This document shows, one piece after another, positions 52,051-64,000 of a stretch of DNA of 64,000 nt. The stretch comes from Octopus vulgaris (taxonomy: Eukaryota). A program made the position numbers and the translations under genes. The notes under the pieces are model-generated. The model was not told where the DNA came from. It saw only the letters and a program-made list of their open reading frames with translations, and ran no database searches. Numbering within the stretch: the stretch's first letter is position 1; each line of letters begins with the position of its first letter. Where the stretch lies: assembly GCA_951406725.2 (NCBI GenBank), contig OX597816.1, positions 110,050,001 to 110,114,000 of the forward strand, read 5' to 3'.

Positions 52051-53149
52051 TTATCTACAAGTTGGTTATATTAACTATGATAATAATGTGCTCTCTATAC
52101 TAACGAACAAACGAGGTTTCAAGTAGTTGCAAAAGCTTCCTCAATTCACATCTTTCCATTATGAAAATGGGTTAACATATATAAAAGACAAAATGGGAGC
52201 GCTGGAAAATCCTTTATCTACTTGATCAAGTTGGATATAGTACTACGCATCAACGACAACTTAGGGCCGAAATTTCAGTAACAATATTTTCCATGAATGA
52301 GCTATTTAGTAATGACAACGACAGTACTTCGTCGAAATACATTCTCTTCTTAGCGAATAAGCACGAATACGGTTGTGTGTGTATACTGAATTTCTTGTGT
52401 AAGTAAAAGAAAGTTTTTAACAATATATCTAAGTCATAATACCACTTATCTCACTAGGCATACATGCCTTCATTCATGAATTCCCATGCAGCATTTCTTA
52501 AATAATATGGTTTCTTTTAAGACAACATAATACTCGATTTCTTTTGAAATCGAGTATTATATATATATTGTAAAATATGTTTGTTCATGCTTATTGCAGA
52601 CGTTGAATTTTCAGGAAATAATCCAGTTTAACAATTCCGTTTAAATAATCCCTCTACATAATTGTATACCCTAGCATTACTCTCATCCAAAAAGTACCTC
52701 TATTTTGTCGTGGAATGTAGATCGTCTCTCATTTTACACTAGCTGTCGTGTTTCAAATATGATGATAGAGATAATCCTCAACTGCTACAACGTTTGTAAT
52801 GCAAGCACTATAACTGCTCTTTAGCTCTTAAGATCGCCGCAGGGAAAAAAATCATAGTTACATTATAAGCATTTTCGATTGACAATTCTTCCAGGTTTCT
52901 TGTGCGTTGTTGCTGACGTTTGTATATGTTGACGTTTTATTGTAGTTTTATACTAAAGTTTTCTAAGAGACTAGATGATTTATATGAGTTCCATATAGTA
53001 TTTTGCTACGGAGGTGAAACTGACTGGTTCACGGTTTGTAAAGAACAGCCCTGATAAATTAATGCGATTTCGTGCATACTTTGTTAGTTGAGGTTTTCGA
53101 CATCTGAAGAAAACAAAACATGCAATCACAATATCATATCTGTATTGAA

Positions 53150-53615
53150 TAAGAGATCTCCAAAGAGATCAGGTGCAAGAGAATAAAAGACCGAACCTAG
53201 TGGTGGTGGACAAGGTACACCACATATGCTATACAATCGATGATGCATGCCCCTTTGACTCCCGAATAATTAAAGAAGGAAGGCGATACGATAGAAGATA
53301 CAATATTCTTAAGTACGAAATGACCCGGTTATGGAAAATGAAGAAGCTGAAGAAAGTACCAATTATTGTTGGGTCCTTGGGAAGAGTAGCGGTGCATGAA
53401 AGAAAGTAGAAAGAGGGTTCAGTAGAAATGTTGCAAAACGTCTGCCTCCTTGGCACCGCCAGAATAACCAGGAAAGTATTAGATAGATGAAAAGAACAGA
53501 TTGCACAGTACCGTGGGCTACATGTACTAAGCTTGGAAGACTGCAGGAGCTCCAACAAAACCTTTGATGAAGAGAAATAGCAACCAAAAAATCGATCTAT
53601 TATAATTATAATATA
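53150..53615 (+). mobile_element. R4/Dong-type RLE 3' fragment
   Basis: NKRPNLVVVDK..CYTIDDACPFD..RYNILKYEMTRLWKMKK..VPIIVGSLG; LQNVCLLGTARITRKVL. Confidence 0.8.
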
Positions 53616-54699
53616 AGGAATAAACGGAGGGTTCTAAGCACTTGAAAGACTGCTGAAAACTTGTTGATACGTCAGGTTACAAGTAGTAACCCGCGACCTG
53701 TATAAATCCTACCAGGAATAACAACGAACACGAGCCAAACCAAGATAATGATAATAAAAACCACCTAATATAAGCTGCATCAGTAAAAGAATGATATGAA
53801 GATATATCATTACCTGCAATTCGCTGCAACAACAGTAAACAAAGCAGAAATAAATATATTAATAATAAATGTAAAAGAAAGCAAAGTCTTTGCAACAATT
53901 TATTATTTTTGTAATTTTTTTTAAAGGAAATATGTTTGTCGAGGAAACGAAACATGAGCAAAATCAGGAAATCTTACAATGTATGATTTGATTAGTTATA
54001 ATTGAAGATATAATGGCATTTCAACAGTCTGCAATGGTGCCACTTAGATGTGTTGTATTTACAATGGGAAAATAAAACCCTACAAAATAATTTTAAATAC
54101 AAATTTTAACATGTTTAAGATAATTTTCTTCATATATGTTATTTTACTCTACTTTTAATAAAATGTTAAAGAACAAGTATAAAATGAAATATTTTATTAA
54201 GTGCAATTTATGCTTTGTGAATATTTTCGCATTAAATTATATATTTTCTATGTTGTTTTTATATTAGCCATTATTTAAAAACCTAAAGGACAAATATTTG
54301 CATGTCTGTCTGTGCGTGCATACAAGAATTCAGTATTTTGACAGAAAGTTAATATATTTATATATAAATGTATCTATACACACACATATAGTGAAGAAAA
54401 TCTATATGCATATATTTCTCCTGAGTAACGTACATAAATGCGTGTGTTTATATGTATATATGTAAACTATCTATGTGTGTGTGTGTGTGCGCGCGTTGTG
54501 GCATGTAGATCTTTATACGAAATTTGTTGATGCCTATATCTATACAAAAATACCGTATGAATATATTTACAAAACTATTTGTTCATGTGCACTCATGCAA
54601 AGGATATTATGCACAATATGTAATATAGCTAATATTATATTGTTCTCGTATTATGTGATTTTTCTTTTAGTTTTATTTAAGTTTTTCGGTAGAGTTAAA

Positions 54700-55965
<1,266 letters not shown>

Positions 55966-55969
55966 TGAG

Positions 55970-57360
55970 TATTTTTCCTGTCTTGTCCTTCTTTCCTTTC
56001 TCCAGTCACCTTTCTTACCCTCTGTACCACTTTCCAAAACATACTTCTATTTCTTACAAAATTTTCACTCGACTATTTCCTGATCTTTTCACTCGCCTCC
56101 CATTTTGCCACCCTTACCACTCTCTTTACTAACCTCTTCGTTTCTCTGTGGTGATCATAAACTTCTCTATCTCCTACTACTACTCTTCAAAGGCCCTTTT
56201 CTCCTCTGCCTCTGCATCCTTTACCTGATCATTCCACCACTCACTACTTTTCTTCACATCAATTCCAACCATTCGTATACCACATGCTTCTCTAGAAGCT
56301 TCCTACTCCTCCTGTACATCTCCTAGCTCCCGTTTTTTAACCTGTTCAAATTCACCTCTCAGAGTCTCTACATACGCCTTCTCCTTCTCTCTCTTATAGC
56401 GTTCCTTCACGTTCACAACCTCTCTCCTCCCTGTCACTCGCCTAGAATTTCATTTTGAGCATACCATCAACATACCCTATCATTAAAAGTGATCATACAC
56501 TCTTCAACCGTCACCTCTCATTGCATGTACATTCACCAACCTTCCTATCACTCTCTTATCAATTAACATATAGTCCATCAAGGCCCTATCCACTACTGTT
56601 CCTCCCTCTATCCTCCACCACGTGAACTTATTCTTTTCCCACTTTTAGAAAAGACTATTCCTCACAACTAGCTCCTTCCCCATACCGATTTCCAAAAACC
56701 TCCTTCCACTCATTCCGACCACGAACACCATATTTTCCTACTACATTTTCTACTTCCTCATTTCCCATAGCATTCAAATCACCCACAGGACCATTTTCCC
56801 CACCCCACCCACATACTCTGTCAGTTCCCTCCAGAACTCCTCTACTTCTTCCTCACTCCCTTCACTTTCTAGACCATATGTACTAAAAAACACCCACACC
56901 TTTTCTTCCCACCTCATTTTAACCTACATTAATATTGAAGACATTTCCCTTCGCTCCACCACATTCTGCTTCACACGCTCACTCATCAACATTGCCACTT
57001 CATCACAATCCCTTTCCCGATACTCGTCCAGGCATATTCCCAAACTGATACACTCTCTTACCTTTCAGTGCCAGCACATCCATCCCTCTCCCCATCCTCA
57101 CACTCCTTATCACTCTCCTCTTTACCTCCCTTGTACTACACCAACGCACATTCCATGACGCTAGAACTAGGGTCAGATTTGATGTTAACCTTCTCTCACC
57201 CCTTTTTCTTTTCTTGCCGCCTTTCTAGGAATATAGATTTACTAGGAGGCGAGGATTCCCAGTCCCCTCGCTCCTGATCCTTTTAGCCGCCTCTTACGCC
57301 ACACAGAGAATACGGCAACTGCTTTCTACCGATCCCCACCACCAACGCAGGACGATTTTC
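55970..57360 (-). mobile_element. RTE-clade LINE 5' half (APE endonuclease), purine-rich sense strand, decayed
   Basis: Minus strand: STYGLESEGSEEEVEEFWREL; VGDLNA; VVGKYGV; NKFTWWRIEGG..ALMDYMLIDKRVIGRLVNVH; DHF. 5' UTR structured motif at 57250-57350. Confidence 0.8.
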
Positions 57361-58624
57361 TTGTTAACCCATAGCTGAGACCTTTACAGGTACTACCACT
57401 CCGTGCCGGAGTAGACATGGGAACAATAGTGGTTAAGCGTTGTTTCACACTCCTCAAATCCTGAAACCAAGGCCCCAGGGTACCACTACCGGAGGTAGAT
57501 TTTTGCAATCACAATATCTACTTTCATTTTTATTTTTATTTCTATTTTCATTTACAGAACTACATTCATTATTATTATTCTTTATACCGTTAGTCTTTAG
57601 GTTAAGATGGGCTCCAATGTGAGTTGTTTCCTTTCGTACATTAGACGGTTTATTAGTATATTCTTTACTATCATTTTCCCCTTTCTTGTTCTACAAAGTA
57701 TTAGTATTACATTTCTTATTATTATCATAGTAGAAATCAGTTAATTTAAGTGAATATATAAATTAGAAAATATTTCTAGAGACAGAATGCACCACGCGGA
57801 GGTTACTGGAGTTACTTATATCATAATATATATTTTATTTAGTAAAATGTTTAGATAAAAACTTTATATAGGGATCTAACCAAGTTTATGTTTTCTTTTT
57901 TTTTATTTTCTGGCGAATGGAATAATAAACCATATAACATTACACTAACTAGAAATTATATTGCAATTATCTAATTACCGATCAACTTTATTTATATATG
58001 TGGTATGTCGCTTAAGTCCATTCTTATTACTTTTATTATTTTTATTATTTTGCTTTAATTTTAGTACTCTCAAAAGTAATAATGAAACTTAGGTATAAAT
58101 GTTTTTAATTACAATTACCCATGTCAGAATACCCTTTAGGCAAACTAACGGTTTCTTCATTTTTCAATACGCTAACAAACGAACTGAAATAAATTAAAAC
58201 AAAGTTACATATACACAAGTAACGGTTTTTAAAAAAAATATACGAGAATACACAAGCGAACATATATGGATTTAAGGCTAACTTTACGAATGATATATCA
58301 ACAATTTGGAATATAGTTCTGACTGTGACGAAATATTCAATTAACTATAATTCGATATGAATCATTAATTTAAGTTTTCTAATTTGAATTTATTGATTGG
58401 ACATGGAAACAATTGTAGGTCCCATGAGTTTGATATTGTTAGAAATCGGATTTGTTTCAATAAATTGATCCCCATTGTAAATTTCTCCATTTTCGTATTT
58501 TGGTTAGATATAAATTGTACTATAACCATATCCAACAATGTGAAACTAACATCTTTTAGTATTTCACAGATAGAGTGGATAAAACCGGGAAATTGGATGC
58601 TGGAATCTCTTTAAGAGGTATTAT

Positions 58625-58785
58625 ATAAAAAAAATGGAACAAAAATGCGACAGACGACTACAGACCATGCGGACATGTAAAAGATAAAAAGACGGACAGG
58701 AAGAAACAAGGACGGGTCATTCGCAGTAATCTGTCATCCATCGAGTATCCAGACAATTGTAAAAGTTTCGGCTGGTTGCGCTTTG

Positions 58786-58790
<5 letters not shown>
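58625..58790 (-). repeat. Short interspersed repeat family X (copy 3)
   Basis: aaacaaggacgggtcattcgcag..tcgagtatccaga..tttcggctggt matches 35123-35205; abuts (TA)n. Confidence 0.6.
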
Positions 58791-58823
<33 letters not shown>

Positions 58824-60033
58824 CTATATCATATGCAATGTGCTCTATAGTTATATAGAACTTTCCAATTGAATCGCTAGAGCGCAGTAAAGAACTACGA
58901 ACTTTGTCATTCGTCCGACTACCTATGTCCCTAAATTCTTCTCAATTACACTCAGCGAAAGGCTTAAAATAACACTGGCAAGCATTACAAAATTCCATTG
59001 AACACTCTTGAAATATCCTCACATCAAACAAACTCCATGCATTAGTTATCTTCTATTTCTGCAAAGCAATATCTTTGTAAATGATTTCACTTTTAGTTAG
59101 TAAAAAATAAACAACCTATCCTGCTCTAGTAGCCGAAAAAAATTGTTTTTGCAATATATAATTTTACCACCTATTCTTTCCATCTGTCTGACATCCTTCG
59201 GGAAGGCGTTCTGTCCAGAAATACTGTAACGAGTACACCTTATAGACATATTTTAGAGAATCATGTGTAATGCAATGTGCGGCTATTTCTCTTTCAGTGG
59301 ACTTACTGTACATAAACAACTTAATTGTTATTGTTTTTAGACTAAATGCACTTACATGTCTTTCGCTTTTATATCTCTACAACATATCATCTATACAAAA
59401 TTTAGATAGATTGCAACAGTGACCCTGTACTAGCAGAAATATGCCAAGATGTTCAGTTCGGGTAAATAACATCGATACTTATTGAATAGATTAAAGAAAA
59501 TCAATCAGTACTCATGCCAAAGACATAATCAAGACTCGTCTCTCTTCTAGATTAACGACTGCATTCCTAAGGAAAATGTCATCGTGATTTCAACCCCTTA
59601 AGCATTGGTGTGATTGTTAGCATCTCCTAACTCAACTTCAATTCTCTTTTACCTCTAGACTACCAACCTATGCCATTCAGGTTACCTCAAAGAATGTTTC
59701 TAACTTCTGTTTTCCTTATATATTCTTAATTCACAAAACTAAAAATTAGCATTTTCCCACTCATTCTGTAAGAGGCTTGCTATCATATGGATTTCCATTT
59801 TGTCTCTGGTTTCTCTAAACCGAGTAGTTTATAGATATTCAATATATGACGGAGTGATGCACACAGAACAGGGAGAAAATTTCGAGGATTTAAGAAGTAA
59901 TCTCTCAAAATAGATGTAAGCTCTCAGTAGCATATCTGCTCTTTCTTTTCAGGTAAAGGGGCAATTGTGTGTGTGTGTGTGTGTGTATATACATGTGTGT
60001 GTTTGTGTGTCAATATAATTTAATATAAAATGA

Positions 60034-60075
<42 letters not shown>

Positions 60076-60280
60076 ATAAGATAATATAAATAATATGATA
60101 TATATATATATATATATATATACATACATATACAATTTAAAAATAGGATAAAATCTTTATAAGAATTTATCAAGTAGTTAGCGTGAAAAGCCTCATAAGG
60201 GAAAAATTATTAATTATTCCTTTAAAATATATTTATTTATATTAATTTTAATAGAAATATATATATTCATACATACATAC

Positions 60281-60344
<64 letters not shown>

Positions 60345-61891
60345 ATATATATATATGTGTGTGTGTGTGTGTATAAACATATATATGTATGTGTGTGTAT
60401 GTATGTATAAAACAGTTCTTTACAACCCATCAGCGCAGTATACTATACTCAAGATTGATAATCAGTTGACACAACTTTATATACTCCAAAAGAGAATTAA
60501 TTTATACTCATAATGTATATATTTAAAACAATTATGTGAGGTAAAGAAAGGAATTACATAAAACTGATTCATTAAGCAAAAACAGAAAAGAAGTGTATTA
60601 TATCTCTCAAGTACGGGATTATTAATTAAAATTATTTACGGAAAAGATCAAAGGCAACAGACAGACACTATAATAAGCAATATTCATGCAAAAATGGAAT
60701 TTATGTTAAGAAAACAAAAATAAATTCGTTAAAAATAGAGAGAAGCATATTTATATTTTTCATGTTTTCAACAATAGTCAAAATATTCTCTAAGCAAATA
60801 AACTAACTGTGAGTAAATTTGTTAAGAAATTAATAAATGAATTTCTTGAATATATCTTCACTGTCTGCTCACAAAGAAGTAAAATTAAATAATTCAAAGG
60901 GGGTAAATAAGCATGGATGATGGGGATTTATTGTGCATAATTTTACGATCAAAATGGAGAGATAGATAATAATATGCTAGTACTATTAAGAACACCCCGA
61001 TTCCCTTTCAAATTCACGCGTTAGAAAAAAACAATGTTGGGTATGTTTTGGAAGCTATAGCATAAATTTCCGACTGGTAAAATCGGGCATCAAGCTGATA
61101 ATCATTATTTGTAGAATGAAGTTGTATGCTCGTGATAGGAATGAATGCACACGAGAATGTCCCACTAAACGGAGAGAATCAATTATTAAGCTATTTCCAA
61201 AGAAGTCAAATGAACATACAAAATAATATAAAAAAAAACGATACACTTAGTTCGATTTGTAATTCAAGAAAAGCTTTATTTTCTCGAATGATTCCTAAGA
61301 ATTGACTGATAGTGGAAGACAGACTGGTTTTCAAGTAGGCATTAACACAATTACTTAGATCTCTATAGTTAACTTTCTCACAGAATATATTTTTATATAT
61401 TTAAGATCTTTTCACTACACCACCCACCTTAAAATGTGATTTAACTGTTATTGTGGAACACAATAACATGGTTTATTATAACCACAGCCTACCAATAATA
61501 CAGAGTATACAATCACAGCATTAACATGAGACGTGTGGGATTGCTTCGGGAATTGCCATGGAATAATTCCAAAGTAAAAAATGGTGTCATACGTGGAAGT
61601 GAGATTCAACAAACCTTTACAAAATTTTTAAACATAAACATAATAAAAGTGCATGAGCTTTTTGAAATAAATGTGAAAGTCGGAAGAAGATGAAGTGATT
61701 CCCTATAATATTTCCCTATAATATTTGATGTAACATGACGTACTTTGAGATCTGTAGAACCATCTTCATAAGAATACAAAATCTTATAGAAATATCTGAT
61801 GAAATATAGCATGCTGATTATTAGCAACATAAAAGATAATAGAGCGTAGGAGAGACTCAAATAAATCAATAAATGAAAGACTAATAACAAC

Positions 61892-61980
<89 letters not shown>

Positions 61981-61988
61981 TGATGATA

Positions 61989-62143
61989 GGCGCAGAAGTG
62001 GCTGTGTGGTAAGTAGCTTGCTTACCAACTACTTGGTTCTGGGTTTCGTTACACTGCATGGCAAGTGTCTTCTACTATAGCCTCAGGCCGACCAAAGCGT
62101 TGTCAGTGGATTTGGTAGGCGGAACCTGAAAAAGCCCGTCGTA

Positions 62144-62240
<97 letters not shown>

Positions 62241-62452
62241 ATTTGTGTGCCTGCGATTGTCCCCCATCATCGCTTGACAACCGATGCTGTTGAGTGTACG
62301 TCTCCGTGACTTAGCGGTTAGGCTAAAGAGGCCGATAGAATAAGTACTAGGCTTACAAAGAATATGTCCAGGAGTCGATTTGCTCGACTAAAGGCGGTGC
62401 TCCAGCATGGCCGCTGTCAAATGACTGAAACAAATAAAAGATTAAAAAGAGA
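61989..62452 (+). mobile_element. SINE family A inserted in an (AAT/GAT)n tract
   Basis: ggcgcagaagtggctgtgtggtaagtagc...ggcggtgctccagcatggccgctgtcaaatgactgaaac; (AAT)n on both sides. Confidence 0.9.
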
Positions 62453-62469
62453 GTATGATGATGATGATG

Positions 62470-62533
<64 letters not shown>

Positions 62534-62659
62534 TAGAGATAGAGATAGAGCGCTAGCCTAGACATCGGCTGGACGTGTTCTTCGCTGCTCTTGATAGTCA
62601 GCAGCCGAAGCCACAGAAACACTAATATAACCCATCAGGACAACTGAGAAATAATTTTG

Positions 62660-63090
62660 AAAGATTGCAATATCTACAATTTCCTGCGACCATTTTTATT
62701 TCCCTCAAAATAAGTTTAAAAGCTTACATATCTACAGTTTTCGAACACACAAACGATCTCCTTTAAAAACTTTAATATCTACAACTTCTGTGAATATCTA
62801 TCCTTTCCTTACGCCCTGAGTATTCTAAAATGTAAACAATCTTTTTATTCTAAGACTATTACAGTTTTCTCTGCTCGGACATACAAACGATCATCTAGTA
62901 AATTTTAAAACACTAATATCTACAATTTTCTTCAAAAATTTTACTCTCATTTTCTTTACTTTTCTTCTCCTTAAGTATCCGAAAATGTAAACATCCATTT
63001 TGATAGCAAAAACACTACGGTCTTCTCTGAACGGACACAGAATAAAACATTTCTAGAAAATCTAAAAGTTTAATATCTACAAGTTTTTGT
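62660..63090. repeat. Degenerate tandem repeat, ~140-160-bp period
   Basis: Recurring aatatctacaa (62669, 62775, 62915, 63073), tattctaaaatgtaaaca / tatccgaaaatgtaaaca, and ttctctg..cggaca. Confidence 0.6.
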
Positions 63091-63226
63091 GACAAAAAAT
63101 GTCTCCCTGACTACCCGAATATACATACAAGCCGTTTATTGCAACAATACAATTAAATGCACGATAAAAAGCAAAAAAAATATTCAAAGAAAAAAATTCA
63201 AGAAGGTGAACATCAATATATGTATT

Positions 63227-63269
<43 letters not shown>

Positions 63270-63299
63270 ATGTGTGTGTGTATGTATATGTATGTATGC

Positions 63300-63347
<48 letters not shown>

Positions 63348-63349
63348 AT

Positions 63350-64000
63350 AAAATACAGTGTATATTAAAACATATTAAGAGGCTTCCATCATAGGAATCC
63401 GTTATGCTAGAAAGAACAGTTAAATTCCAAACCAATAATTAGGGATAAATTCTCGAAAGAAATGAAAAATTTTACTATCTAATTCCTGGACCATAGTTTC
63501 TGACCTATTTTAGTAAATAAAAATTATTATTCACTAGGCGAAGTCGTTATCAACAGGGACGCCATAAATTAAATATATAAACAAGGAGACCAATCCAGCA
63601 TGCATCTCATTGCTTGTACATTTCAAATTTTTTTTCAAATCCACTGCACAATCAGTCTCTTTTTGTCGGCAGCAGGAAAATGCCGGCAAAATCTTCGAAC
63701 GAATCTACCAGAAATCATTATACATAATTAATGATATCAGGGTAATAAAAATTTTAGAAATTTCTACTACCAGTGGCCTAGCGTAAAAGAAATTAGTCAA
63801 TAGTCTATATATTATTCATATAAAATATAGTGTATATTAAAACACATTAAGAGGCTTCCATCATAGGAATCCATTACGCTAGAAAGAACAGTTAAAGTCC
63901 AAACCACTAATTAGGGATAAATTCTCGAAGGGAATGAAAAATAAAAACATTTACCATCTAATTCCTGGTCCAGGAATTCATATAGTAAATGGTCCAGGAA
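63350..64000 (-). mobile_element. Hammerhead-bearing direct-repeat element (retrozyme-like), ~480-nt unit
   Basis: 63351-63489 is repeated at 63823-63967 with few differences. A hammerhead lies at the unit junction, an inverted cleavage-site fragment sits at the window end, and (TA)n is on the left flank. Confidence 0.75.
63485..63557 (-). ncRNA. Type I hammerhead ribozyme, U3-A8 core variant, extended helix II (predicted)
   Basis: Reverse complement CCTG-TTGATAA-C GACT tcgcc TAGTGAATAA taattt TTATTTACTA aaata GGTC A-GAAA-CTATGG-TC^CAGG; GUC triplet. Confidence 0.75.

Noticed and set aside
62660-63090. CRISPR-like recurring aatatctacaa
   Set aside because: The intervening sequences are also similar to each other (a degenerate tandem repeat), the context is eukaryotic, and there are no cas genes.

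Overview
AT-rich, microsatellite-saturated, gene-poor eukaryotic DNA. The SINE families, (TA)n density and TE mix look like an octopod cephalopod (probably Octopus) intron or intergenic region; that assignment is an inference from recognised repeats. No intact host protein-coding gene can be supported, and most listed ORFs are microsatellite translations. Recognisable content: tRNA-headed SINEs (3 families), decayed non-LTR retrotransposons (2 RTE plus a probable RTE 3' fragment, several R4/Dong-type RLE copies, CR1/L2, CRE), a Penelope-like element with a GIY-YIG endonuclease, a Tc1, a mariner, and a long-TIR MITE carrying TTAGGG repeats. The main signal is a set of sequence-unrelated small elements, all in or next to (TA)n tracts, that each contain a Type I hammerhead ribozyme fold read by eye. 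These folds have CUGAAGA, UUGAAGA or covarying U3-A8 UUGAnAA cores and palindromic helix III loops. The elements are arranged as foldback inverted repeats (6.4-8.0 kb, 29.0-29.5 kb, 29.6-29.8 kb) or as a cleavage-site-to-cleavage-site ~480-nt direct repeat (63.4-64.0 kb). The same ribozyme architecture, with a degraded helix I, ends the coding Penelope remnant. This suggests a cephalopod retrozyme / non-autonomous Penelope system. Ribozyme activity is predicted, not shown.
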